DNA of 64,000 bases from Malacoraja senta (taxonomy: Eukaryota). A model generated the notes under the pieces. It ran no database searches. It was not told the origin of the DNA and was given only the letters and a program-made list of their open reading frames with translations. Positions 52,680 through 64,000 of this stretch are shown here, in pieces; position 1 is the stretch's first letter; the number at the start of each line of letters is the position of its first letter. Made by a program: the position numbers and the translations under genes. Location: NCBI GenBank assembly GCA_038087875.1, contig CM075995.1, forward strand, positions 1,056,001-1,120,000, written 5' to 3'.

Positions 52680-53730
52680 GATAAGGCCGTGAGTCCAATG
52701 GATTGGTCCAAGGATCCTAAAGGTAGTGCCTGGTGAGACAATTGTTATATTAGCTTTGAATTTCTAAAGTTCTCGACATTTTGGGAAGGTTTCACCTGCT
52801 TGGAAAATAGCAAATTGAAAAAGGGAGAGAGATGGAAAGCAGAAAATGCAGACAAAGTAGCTTAACATTTGTCAGAGGGAAAATGTTAAGTTATTATTAA
52901 AGGTGTTAGGAAAGTTCAAGGGGATTAGGCAAAGTCAAAACTTATTTTCTGAAAGAGAAATTATATTTGACCAACGGAAATCTTTGAAAATGTAACATGC
53001 TGTTGACAAAGAGAAAATGGTGGATGTACTTTTCTTGGATTTCCTGAAGACATTTGATAAAGTGTTATGTCAAATGTTATTGCAGAAAGCAAAAGCTCGT
53101 GGGGTTGGAGGGAGCGTATTTGGGCAGTTTGAAGATTGGCGAGCAAATATTAAACAAGGATTTGACATAAATGGATCTTTTTCTGGTTGGCATTTTTTTT
53201 TTTTTAAGTTGAGGGATTTATAAATTGAGGGGGCATAGATACGGTAGATAGTCTTTATTTGATCAGGTGGGGGAGTCGGAAACTAGAGAGCAGAAATTTA
53301 AGGTAAAACTGGAGAAATTAATATCTGAAGGCAAGTTTTTCCCACAGGAGTAGTTATATGGAAAGTAACTTGGGAAGAGAACATAAGGAGACAAAGGAGG
53401 TTAAGTAAGTGAGTAAAGATTTGGCAATGGAGTACGTTGTGGAAAATGAGAAAGTATTTGTTGTAGTGGGGACAATATAAGAAACATCAAAATGGATGAG
53501 AGAGAGACTGACGTATCGAGGAATCTAGGTGGCTTAGTGCATAATTCATAGAAGACCTGTTGCCAGTCATGGTAATTGGATAGCCAGCAGAATTTGACTT
53601 TATTGCAAGGAAGAGGTACAACAAATACAAAAGTAAGGAAGATTAAGTCTTTATTTAGGGCATGGATGAGGCCACACCTTTGATATTGTGTATAGTATTG
53701 GTCTCCGTCTCTAAGGAAAAACATTAATTT
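52680..53730 (+). mobile_element. Old degraded CR1 LINE
   Basis: VDVLFLDFLKTFDKV..; continues about 55690-55870. Confidence 0.7.
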
Positions 53731-53759
53731 TTTTAAACTAGTTAATCGAAAATATACTG

Positions 53760-55686
53760 TAGTTTGGAGTTTAGTTTAGAGATACAGCGCGGAAACAAGC
53801 CCTTAGGCCGATCGAGTCTGCACCAACCAGCGACCATGCACATTAACACTATCCTACACACACTAGGGACAATTTACACTCACAGTACCCTACATAATGT
53901 TTGGGACAGAGACCCGTCATTTATTTGCAATAGAAAAAAAATCACATGTGGTTAAAGTGCACACTCAGATTTTATTAAAGGGCATTTTTATACATTTTGG
54001 TTTCACCATGTATAAATTACAGCTGTGTTTATACGTAGTCCACCCATTTCAGGGCACCATAATGTATGGGACACATGGCTTCACAGGTGTTTGTAATTGC
54101 TCAGGTGTGTTTAAATGTCTCAATGCAGGTATAAGAGAGCTCTCAGCAACTAGTCTTTCCTCCAGTCTTTCCATCACCTTTTGAAACTTATTGCTGTTTA
54201 TCAACATGAGGACCAAAGCTGTGCCAATGAAAGTCAAAGAAGCCATTATGAGATTGAGAAATAAGAATAAAACTGTTAGAGACATCAGCCAAACCTTAGG
54301 CTTACCAAAATCAACTGTTTGGAACATCATTAAGAAGAAAGAGAGCACTGGTGAGCTCACTAATTGCAAAGGGACTGGCAGGCCAAGGAAGACCTCCACA
54401 GCTGATGACAGATGTATTCTCTCAATAATAAAGAAAAATCCCCAAACTCCTGTCCAACAGATCAGAAACACTCTTCAAGAGTCAGGTGTGGATTTGTCAA
54501 TGACCACTGTCCGCAGAAGACTTCATGAACAGAAATTCAAAGACTACACTGCAAGATGCAAACCACAAAAATAGGATGGCCAGGTTAGTACAAATGGCCA
54601 GTTTGCCAAGAAGTACTTAAAAGAGCAACCACAGTTCTGGAAAAAGGTCTTGTGGACAGATGAGACGAAGATTAACTTATATCAGAGTGATAGCAAGAGA
54701 AAAGTATGGAGGAGAGAAGGAACTGCCCAAGATCCAAAGCATACCACCTCATCTGTGAAACCCGGTGGTGGGGGTGTTATGGCCTGGGCATGTATGTACT
54801 GGCTCACTTATCGTCATTGATGATACAACTGCTGATGGCAGTAGATAATGAATTCTGAAGTGTATAGACACATCCTATCTGCTCAAGTTCAAACAAATGC
54901 CTCAAAACTCATTGGCCGGCAGTTCATTCTACAGCAAGACAATGATCCCAAACATACTGCTAAAGCAACAAAGGAGTTTTTCAAAGCTAAAAATTGGTAA
55001 ATTCTTGAGTGGCCAAGTCAATCTCCCGATCTGAACCCAATTGAACATGCCTTTTATATGTTGAAGAGAAAACGGAAGGGGACTAGCCCCCAAAACAAGC
55101 ATAAGCTAAAGATGGCTGCAATACAGGCCTGGCAGAGCATCACCAGAGCAGACACCCAGCAACTGGTGATGTCCATGAATTGCAGACTTCAAGCAGTCAT
55201 TGCATGCAAAGGATATGCAACAAAATACTAAACATGACTACTTTCATTTACATGACATTGCTGTGTCCCAAACATTATGGTGCCCTGAAATGGGGGGACT
55301 ATGTATAAACACTGCTGTAATTTCTACATGGTGAAACCAAAATATATAAAAGTGGCCTTTATTAAAATCTGACAATGTGCACTTTAAACACATGTGATTT
55401 TTTCTAATACAAATCTCAAATTGTGGAGTACAGAGGCAAATAAATAAATGATGTGTCTTTGTCCCAAACATTATGGAGAGCACTGTGTACAAGCCAATTA
55501 ACCTACAAACCTGTACTTCTATGGAGTGTGGGAGGAAACCGAAGATCTCAGAGAAAACCCACATGGTCACAGGGAGAGCGTACAAACTCTGTACAGACAG
55601 CACCCGTAGTCGGGATCGAACCCGGGTCTCTGGCATTGTAAGCGCTGTAAGGCAGCAACTCTACCGTCGCGCCACCATGCCGCCCC
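53760..55686 (-). mobile_element. HE1-like SINE split by Tc1 (53760-53882 and 55486-55686)
   Basis: - strand head ggggcggcatggtggcg..ggttcgatccc; tail (ctaaa)n at 53760-53780. Confidence 0.8.
53883..55485 (+). mobile_element. Tc1 (DD34E) transposon, full-length, inactivated; transposase about 54206-55231
   Basis: ~200-bp IR/DR-type TIRs cagt..cataatgtttgggaca; HTH MRTKAVPMKVKEAI..GRPRKTS; VLWTDETK, QQDNDPKH, WPSQSPDLNPIE with 34 residues D-to-E; frameshifts and a stop. Confidence 0.96.
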
Positions 55687-55864
55687 AAGGTGAATTGGGA
55701 GGAAGGGTTGTCTTATGAGGAAAAATTGGACAAGCTAGGCTTGCATCTACTGGAGTTTAGAAGAATGAGAGAGGATGTGATGGAAACATATACGATCCTG
55801 AAGGGTCTTGGCAGGATAGGGGAGGACTAGATGTTTTGCTTGGAGATATTATAATAAAAGAAGG

Positions 55865-56660
55865 TCATAGTTCATAGGTTCATGTCATAGGAGCAGAATG
55901 AGGCCATTCTGCCCAGCAAGTCTATTCCGCCATTCAATCATGGCTGATCTATCTTTCCCTTCCAACCCCATTCTTCTGCCTTCTCCCTATAACCCTTACT
56001 AATCAAGAATCTGTCAATATTTGCCTTAAAAATACCCAATGACTTGGCCTCCACAGTCGTCTGTGGCAATAAATTCCAGTTTCACCACCCTCTGACAAAA
56101 AAAACCTAATCTCCTTTCTAAAGGTACGTGCTTTTATTCTGAGGCTGTGCCCTCTGGTTCCAGACTTATCCTCTCCGCATCCACTCGATCCAGGTCTTTC
56201 ACTATTCGGTAAGTTTCAATGAGGTCCCCAACCCTCCCCCCCCCCCCCCCCCCCACCCCCCTCTCCTCATCCTTCTAAACTCCAGCGAGTACGGGCCGAG
56301 TGCCGTCAAACACTCATCATGTGTTAACCCAATCATTTATTGGATCATTCTCGTAAACCTCTCCTGGACACTTTCCAATGCCAGCAGATCCTTCCTTGGA
56401 AATGGGGCCCGAAGCTGCTCGCAATGCTTCAAATGCGGTCTGACCAAATGGTGCATTATAAAGCCTTTGTATTACACTGCTGTTTTTATATTCTAATCCC
56501 CAAAATAAATGCTAACATTACATTTGCCTTCCTTACTACCTCAACTTGCAGATTTGGGAATCCTGCACCAGCACTTCCATTTCCCTTGGTACCTATGATT
56601 TCTGAATCCTCTCTCCATTTTGAAAATAGTCTATGCCTTTATTTCTACTACCAAAATTGA
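55865..56660 (-). mobile_element. CR1 3' fragment
   Basis: tcataggagcagaatgaggccattc..ccattcaatcatggctgatct tail and degraded ORF. Confidence 0.75.
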
Positions 56661-56799
56661 TATTTTTAAAGGCAGAGAGAGATAGATTCCTGATTAGTAA
56701 GGGTGTTAAGGGTTATGGGGAGAAGGCAAGATAATGGGGTGAGGAAGGAGAGATAGATCAGCCATGATTAAATGGCAGAGTAGACTTGATGGGTCGACA

Positions 56800-59466
56800 T
56801 GGGCTTGCAAGGGGTGACATTGAAACAGGAGATGTGGAGTCAGTATGGATAGAACTAAGCAATTGTAAGTGTAAAAATACCATAATGGGACTAATCTACA
56901 GGCCCCCAAACAGTAGCCTGGCAAGTTGAATCAGGAGTTAAAATTAGCATGTAGCAAAAGTAATGCTGTGATTGTTATGGGAGATTTCAACATGCAGGTA
57001 GACTGGGAAAATCCGGTTGATACTGGACCCCAAGAAGCAGACTTTGTAGAGTGCCTTCGTGATGGATTCTTTGAACAGCTTGTATTGGAGCCTACCAGGG
57101 AGAAGGCAATTCTGGATTTAGTGTTATGTAATGAACCGGATTTGATAAAGGACCTCGAGGTTAATGAGCCATTAGGAGGCAGTGACTATAACATGGTCAG
57201 GTTTAATCTACAATTGGAGAGGGAGAAGAGTAGATCGGAGGTGTCAGTGTTACAGTTGAATAAAGGGGACTATGGGGCCATGAGGGAGGAGCTGGCCAAA
57301 GTTGACTGGGAAGATACACTAGCAGGGATGACTGGAACAAAAATGGCAGGTGTTTCTAGGAATAATACAGAAGGTGCAGGATCAGTTCATTCCTAGGAGG
57401 AAGAAAGATTCCAAGGGGCGAAAGGGACGACCATGGCTGACAAGGAACGTCAGGGACAGTATAAAAATTAAAGCGAAGAAGTACAACGTAGCAAAGATGA
57501 GCGGGAAGCAAGAGGATTGGGTAATGTTTAAAGAACAACAGAAGATAACCAAAAAGACAATACGGGGAGAAAAGATGAGGTACGAAGGTAAGCTAGCCAA
57601 GAATATAAAGCAGGATAGTAAAAGCTTCTTTAGGTATGTGAAGAGGAAAAAATTAGTTAAGACCAAAGTTGGACCCTTGAAGACCGAAAAAGGTGAATTT
57701 ATTATGGGGAACAAGGAAATGACAGATGAGTTGAACAGGTACTTTGGATCTGTCTTCACTAAGGAGGACACAAACAATCTTCCTGATATAGTAGTGGCCA
57801 GAGGATCTGGGGTGACAGAGGAACTGAAGGAAATCCACATTAGGCAGGAAATGGTGTTGGATAGACTGATGGGACTGAAGGCTGATAAATCCCCAGGGCC
57901 TGGTGGTCTGCATCCCAGGGTACTTAAGGAAGTGGCTCTAGAAATCGTGGATGCATTGGTGATAATTTTCCAATGTTCTATAGACTCAGGATCAGTTCCT
58001 GTGGATTGGAGGGTAGCTAATGTTATCCCACTTTTTAACAAAGGCGGGAGAGAGAAAACAGGGAATTATAGACCAGTTAGCCTGACATCGGTGGTGGGGA
58101 AGATGCTGGAGTCAATTATAAAAGATGAGATAGCCGCACATTTGGATAGCAGTAGCAGGATCAGTCCGAGTCAGCATGGATTTACAAAGGGGAAATCATG
58201 CTTGACTAATCTTCTGGAATTTTTTGAGGATGTAACTAGGAAAATGGACAAGGGAAAGCCAGTGGATGTAGTGTACCTGGACTTTCAGAAAGCATTTGAT
58301 AAGGTCCCACATAGGAGATTAGTGGGCAAAATTAGGGTACATGGTATTGGTGGTAAAGTGCTGACATGGATAGAGAATTGGTTGGCAGATAGGAATCAAA
58401 GAGTAGGGATTAACGGGTCCCTTTCAGAATGGCAGGCAGTGACTAGTGGGGTACCGCAAGGCTCGGTGCTGGGACCTCAGCTATTTACAATATACATCAT
58501 TGATTTGGATGAAGGGATTCAAAGTAACATTAGCAAATTTGCAGATGACACAAAGCTGGGTGGCAGTGTGAACTGTGAGGAGGAAGCTATGAGAATGCAG
58601 GGTGACTTGGACAGGTTGGGGGAGTGGACAGATGCATGGTAGATGAAGTTTAATGCGGATAAATGTAAGGTTATCCACTTTGGTAGCAAAAACAGGAAGG
58701 CAGATTACTATCTAAATGGCGTCAAGTTGGGGAAAGGGGAAGTACAACGGGATCTGGGGGTCCTTGTACATCAGTCTATGAAAGTAAGCATGCAGGTACA
58801 GCAGGCAGTGAAGAAAGCAAATGGCATGCTGGCCTTTATAACAAGAGGAATCGAATATAGGAGCAAAGAGGTTCTTCTGCAGTTGTACAGAGCCCTAGTG
58901 AGACCACACCTGGAGTATTGTTTGCAGTTTTGGTCCCCTAATTTGAGGAAGGACATTCTTGCTATTGAGGGAGTGCAGCGTAGGTTTACAAGGTTAATTC
59001 CCGGGATGGCGGGACTGTCATATGCTGAGAGAATGGAGCAGCTGGCCTTGTACACTCTGGAGTTTAGAAGGATAAGAGGGGATCTCATTGAAACATATAA
59101 GATTGTTAAGGGCTTGGACACGCTAGAGGCAGGAAACATGTTCCCGATGTTGGGGGAGTCCAGAACCAGGGGCCACAGTTTAAGAATAAGGAGTAATCCA
59201 TTTAGAACGGAGACGAGGAAACACTTTTTCTCAAAGAGAGTGGTGAGTCTGTGGAATTCTCTGCCTCAGAGGGCGGTGGAGGCAGGTTCTCTGGATGATT
59301 TCAAGAGAGAGCTAGATAGGGCTCTTAAAAATAGCGGAGTGAGGTGCTATGGGGAGAAGGCAGGAACGGGGTACTGATTAGGGATGATCAGCCATGATCA
59401 CATTGAATGGCGGTGCTGGCTCGAAGGGCCAAATGGCCTACTCCTGCACCTGTTGTCTATTGTCTA
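56800..59466 (+). mobile_element. CR1 (HER1-like) LINE, most of ORF2, young
   Basis: APE remnant (YRPP, MGDFN, LGGSDYN) and RT in ORFs 56926-57396, 57350-58642 and 58643-59377; one frameshift near 57340 and one in-frame stop at 58640; intact 3' tail. Confidence 0.97.
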
Positions 59467-59980
59467 CTCCAAATGCGGCTTAACCAAAGCCCAATAATGC
59501 TGCAGCATGACTTTCTGATTCTTAAACTCAATGCCCCAATAGATGAAGCCAAACCGAATTGTTAAGTCGAGAAATCTAATAACTTTCTGAGGTCTCAGAC
59601 TTTAATTTATCTTGCTACTATTTCCATAATGTTCCTTCAACTTTCTATTCTACATTGCCTTTTTATTGAGACAAAGTATCTGGTAAGTTTGGTAATTGCT
59701 TGTTGCAAGTGCACCTCCAAGATTCAGTGGCACGACTCACTATTAAAACAGCAATTGTAATCAATGGAATTTAACAGAAATATTTCAGTGATGTATGCCA
59801 ACAAATATCAAACTGGCATTAAAAAACTGATGAAGTAAATACTGAGCTACATCATTTAGGGCTATAATTATTATATGTGGGAGTCCAAAGAATCCCAATG
59901 CAAATTGTGATTTGAATTCTTGTCAGTCTGAGCTACAAATTTACATTATGCTTCAAGCCTGAAATGTATGTTTATAGAAG

Positions 59981-60708
59981 ACTAGACCAAGTGCAGACCC
60001 GTTGGGTCTGCTCCCCCAACGCACCCGTCCCCTGCCCGTAGCCCCCACGGGAGGCAAGGTCCTCCAACTCAACCCCTTGCCGAATGTAAGATTCGAGCAC
60101 TCCTCAGCAAAGATCATAGCTCCTGAGCCTCCCCCAGCACTGGAGTTGAAATAAAAAATATCAATCCACAATTGCAATCCCAATTGACCCTCCCCCTCCT
60201 GTCCTGCCAGGAGCTATGATGGCTATGATCAGCCATGATCACATTGAATGGCGGTGCTGGCTCGAGGGGCCGAATGGCCTACTCCTGCACCTATTGTCTA
60301 TTGTCTATTGGCAACATAGTTGCAGATGTTGGGTGTACTTGCCATGAGATGCCATTGAGCTGAAAAAGTTCAGTGTTGCTGCTAGTGTTCCTGTCTTGCA
60401 ACTTTGTATCAAAGTGTGTTGGCAGCTCTGAGGAATGATTTTAAAGTAGAAAACATTTTAAATTCAAAGTATTTTTAAACATTTTCATTAATAACTCGAG
60501 AAATTAAACTCAGATAGGTTGACTTTGGACTGCAGGGGAAAAGTCTCTACCGGAATATGTAAAAATGTTACATATTTTAATATGTAAAGGCGTACATAAA
60601 GGCATACATAAAGGCGTGTCGTCTTTTCGAGAAGATGTGATTACACACGAACACACACGCACGCACGCACATCCAAGATCAGAGTTATAATAGTTACTAG
60701 ACCAAGTG
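59981..60708 (-). mobile_element. Non-autonomous Helitron-like element containing a CR1 tail (60225-60310)
   Basis: - strand 3' end GACCCaacGGGTC hairpin, tgcacttggt, CTAG|T; head taactattataactctgatcttg plus (tg)n. Confidence 0.65.
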
Positions 60709-60859
60709 ATGATATGATAAAGCAGTAGATTTCACTGAAAAGCAATTTCTGAACAAATTTGTTAGCATACTCAGAATTTGGATACTTTTTGATTTACTAA
60801 TAATTACTTCTGTCTTTTAACCAATAAGTGATGACATTTTTTCAAAAACATACAGGCAT

Positions 60860-61270
60860 TTCATGACCTGGACAAGAAGTATATTTGAGGTATTGTTATG
60901 TGCCAAAGGCAGGAGTCAATGTTACATGTTCCCAGTTCCCATAAACAACAATATTTTATTGTTCTGATAGTTTGTTTTAGTGTCCCTTATTGGGGGTAAT
61001 AAATAGACAAACTGCTGTGATCAATTCCCCTGTACTTACTATCTTGAAAATGTTCTGTGGAATCTTTTATACTGAACTGAGAAAGCTTTTGAGGCCTTGG
61101 TTAACATCTCATCTGAAGGATGGTACCTCTGACAGTGCAGCTGTCACCCAGTTGTACACCCTGGTGTGCCTGATTCAATTTTTGTATTCAATCCACTGAA
61201 CTTGCTAACTTTTTATTCAACTTTGAGCATGTTACCCCAAAGGGACAACTATTATCAATTGGCCAATCTC
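60860..61270 (-). mobile_element. Ancient DeuSINE (SacSINE1/AmnSINE1-like)
   Basis: 61060-61170 gaatcttttat..gaggccttggttaacatctcatctgaaggatggtacctctgacagtgcagc resembles the reverse complement of the Deu domain as I recall it. Confidence 0.7.
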
Positions 61271-61496
61271 CAGCTCAATGGCTCAGATACAATGATGTTC
61301 TGAAAATGGAACAAAAATAATGCATCCCCTCAGCATCAGAGCCAAGAGAGATAGGCTCATTAATTTTAAGAGAAATTTTAATATATCTGCTTTAATTTTT
61401 GCTGAATCTTTTCATAATTTGCTTTCCATAAATAAATCGAGGCACTCCATTAGAGGAGCCGATGCATTATATTTAATTTTCTTTCTTATTTCACAG

Positions 61497-61625
61497 CTAC
61501 CTTAGTGATACTGATCGTATTGCAGCACCTGATTATCTGCCAACTCAACAGGATGTGCTGCGTGTTCGAGTGCCCACAACTGGCATCATTGAGTATCCAT
61601 TTGATCTGGAGAATATAATCCTCAG
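61497..61625 (+). CDS. GNAQ: GNAQ exon 4, upstream alternative copy (4a, G-alpha-11/14-like; 129 bp)
   Basis: Pyrimidine tract and tttcacag| acceptor, AG|gtactg donor, phase 2/2. Open frame [42 protein letters not shown](R); the FDLENII end is typical of G11/G14. Confidence 0.85.
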
Positions 61626-62103
61626 GTACTGATTGGGGCCTGTTGTAAATTTCCTAGGTGCAGATGTTGTGTCTTCCCAGTATTTTCTGGTTTAACATAA
61701 TGACATAAAGTACCACTCAGTTACTCGCATCACTAAATAACTACTGCAACATATCAGAGGCAAAATGCAAAACATTATTGCTTAGTGATTGATATGCATT
61801 GTGTAATTTTAGCCTACAATGTTAAATTTTTTTTTTTAGAATTGATAATGTTCACTAGATCTATATTACAAAATACTGGGAAAATGCACTCTGCGTTCTT
61901 GGGAAAATGGCACAATCTGGTGAGGAAGAGACTTGAATGAAAATAACTGTCCAATGTTACCACCTTAAATAAATTGCCTCAACTCACTAGGACTCCTGTA
62001 GGCAGGGAGAATGGTGATCACCGCCCCATTCTATTTTCCTCACCCTGTTTTCCTTTTCCAATGTCACAGTCTTTGCATTCCTGTTGTTTCTTCCTGTCTG
62101 TAG

Positions 62104-62232
62104 CTATCTTAAAGACTTGGACCGTATATCAGAACCTACCTATCTACCCACTCAACAAGATGTGCTTAGAGTGCGAGTCCCAACAACAGGGATCATTGAA
62201 TACCCTTTCGACTTGCAAACCGTCATTTTCAG
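62104..62232 (+). CDS. GNAQ: GNAQ exon 4, canonical copy (4b, G-alpha-q-like; 129 bp)
   Basis: Long pyrimidine tract and ctgtag| acceptor, AG|gtagaa donor, phase 2/2. Translates [42 protein letters not shown](R), like Gq YLNDLDR...FDLQSVIFR; contains switch I R183/T186 equivalents. Confidence 0.93.
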
Positions 62233-62244
62233 GTAGAAGAAAGT

Positions 62245-62710
62245 TGCTAAACGGTACTAACAGTTTTGGCAATTTGGGCTAAAAGCTTCCATTTTCTAGA
62301 ACTTATTTATTATGCACATTGAGTTTTAAATTTGTAAAATTGTTAGAAATTATTGTTAGAAAATTGTTTAAAATGACAAGTGCATGTTTCATAAATTAAT
62401 ATTTTTAATGTTTTAAAATGATTATGTTACACAGGTTTTTAAATGCTGTTTGTCATATTTAAAGTTACCATGTGATCTGAAATGATAGTTTAATCTTCAG
62501 TGATTTTCTATGAAACATAAATGATTTCGCATTTCAACATGTTATCAGTTGAAGAGCAAGAAATTACTCAAATGTACATCAATTATTTTCTGCCTAATCA
62601 ATAACTGAATTTGATTTTTTGTCCCCCCCCACTGAGTTGTTTCAGTAATACCATGAATATTAGGTTTTGCATGCGAAATTGACTTTTCTATACCTCCCTT
62701 ATTTTGCATG
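62245..62710 (+). promoter_or_regulatory. Candidate intronic splicing-regulatory cluster (QKI/SF1 and RBFOX motifs)
   Basis: TACTAAC at 62255-62261 and TGCATG at 62381, 62668 and 62705, all within 480 nt downstream of exon 4b. Confidence 0.5.
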
Positions 62711-62717
62711 CCAGATT

Positions 62718-62779
62718 TACGACTTTGAGTCCTGAAAAGCGCTATATAAATAAAATGTATTATTATTATTATTATTATT
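62718..62779 (+). mobile_element. L2/SINE 3' tail remnant
   Basis: gactttgagtcctgaaaagcgctatataaataaaatg(tat)n. Confidence 0.7.
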
Positions 62780-62816
62780 GACTAATTATTCAAAAAATTC
62801 ATGACGTTGTGCTCTA

Positions 62817-63641
62817 CAGTGCCCTCCATAATGTTTGGGACAAAGACCCATCATTTATTTATTTGCCTCTGTACACCACAATTTGAAATTTGTAATAGAA
62901 AAAATCACATGTGTTTAAAGTGCACATTGTCAGATTTTAATAAAGGCCATTTTTATACATTTTAGAAATTACAGCAGTGTTTATACATAGTCCCTCCATT
63001 TCAGGGCACCATCATGTTTGGGACACATGGCTTCACAGGTGTTTGTAAGTGCTCAGGTGTGTTTAAATGCCTCCTTAATGCAGGTATAAGAGAGCTCTCA
63101 GCACCTAGTCTTTCCTCCAGTCTTTCCGTCACCTTTGAAAACTTTTATTGCTGTTTATCAACATGAGGACCAAAGTTGTGCCAATGAAAGTCAAAGAAGC
63201 CATTATGAGACTGAGAGACAAGAATAAAACTGTTAGAGACATCAGCTAAACCTTAGGCTTAACATAATCAACTGTTCGGAACATCATTAAGAAGAAAGAG
63301 AGCACTGGTGAGCTTACTAATCGCAAAGGGGCTGGCAGGCCAAGGAAGACCTCCACAGCTGATGATGACAGAAGAATTCTCTCTATAATAAAGAAAATCC
63401 CCAAACACCTGTCCGACAGATCAGAAACACTCTGCAGGAGTCGGGTGTGGATTTGTCAATGACCACTGTCCACAGAAGACTTCATGAACAGAAATACAGA
63501 GGCAACACTGGCAAGATGCAAACCACTGGTTATCCCCAAAAATAGGATGGCCAGGTTACAGTTTGCCAAGAAGTACTTAAAAGAGCAACCACGGTTATGG
63601 AAAAAGGTCTTGTGGACAGATGAGATGAAGATTAACTTATA
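62817..63641 (+). mobile_element. Tc1 transposon, second copy, left half, interrupted by CR1
   Basis: TA|cagtgccctccataatgtttgggaca TIR; homologous to 53883-54682. Confidence 0.93.
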
Positions 63642-64000
63642 TGAAGGCATGAGAGGGGAGCTGGCCAAAGTAGACTGGAAAGGGATCCCAGCAGGAATGA
63701 CGGTGGAACAGCAATGGGAGGAATTTCTAGGCATAATCCGGGAGACGCAGGATCATTTCATTCCAAAAATTAAGAAAGATTATAAGGGGAGTAGGAGGCA
63801 ACCGTGGCTGACAAGAGAAGTTAGGGATAGAATAAAACTAAAAGAAAAGATGTACAACACAGCAAAGAGTAGCCAGAAGCCAGAGGATTGGGAAACTTTC
63901 AACAGAAGGAAACAAAACGGGCAATACGGGCTGAAAAGATGAAGTACGAGGGGAAGCTGGCCAGGAATATAAAAAAGGACAGTAAAAGCTTCTTTAGATA
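63642..64000 (+). mobile_element. CR1 LINE inserted into Tc1, runs off the window
   Basis: MRGELAKVDW..QPWLTREVRD homologous to 57270-57635. Confidence 0.9.

Noticed and set aside
57382..59139. Long antisense ORFs over CR1 (57382-58041, 58771-59139; also 222-692, 1467-1973)
   Set aside because: Shadow ORFs of the CR1 RT frame; no independent support.
61497..61625. Exon 4a as a processed pseudogene fragment or recent duplication
   Set aside because: It retains its own splice sites and exact exon length, with heavy synonymous divergence and no replacement in the core.
63484..63942. Tc1-CR1 fusion ORF as a novel chimeric gene
   Set aside because: Chance in-frame junction of a CR1 inserted into a dead Tc1, which has an upstream stop at about 63246.

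Overview
Vertebrate genomic DNA, most likely a cartilaginous fish (inferred from HER1-like CR1 LINEs and HE1-like SINEs typical of sharks and rays). The window lies inside the G-protein alpha-q gene (GNAQ) on the + strand. It holds exon 3 (43037-43191) and two tandem, intact 129-bp versions of exon 4: a G-alpha-11/14-like copy (61497-61625) and the canonical G-alpha-q-like copy (62104-62232). These look like ancient mutually exclusive exons covering switch I, and the second is followed by a QKI/RBFOX motif cluster. Neither exon-4 copy is shown in its coding frame in the ORF track. I did not find exons 1, 2 or 5-7. The rest is intron dense in mostly decayed, often nested mobile elements: CR1 and Rex1/Babar LINEs, Penelope fragments with minimal hammerhead-ribozyme-like motifs, Tc1, Harbinger-like and hAT-like DNA elements, a Helitron-like element, tRNA-derived SINEs, and a GC-rich non-autonomous retroposon family with a covarying hairpin and exchangeable LINE tails. 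Exon boundaries were read base by base; most TE boundaries are approximate (tens of bp). All family assignments come from motif recognition by eye, with no database search.
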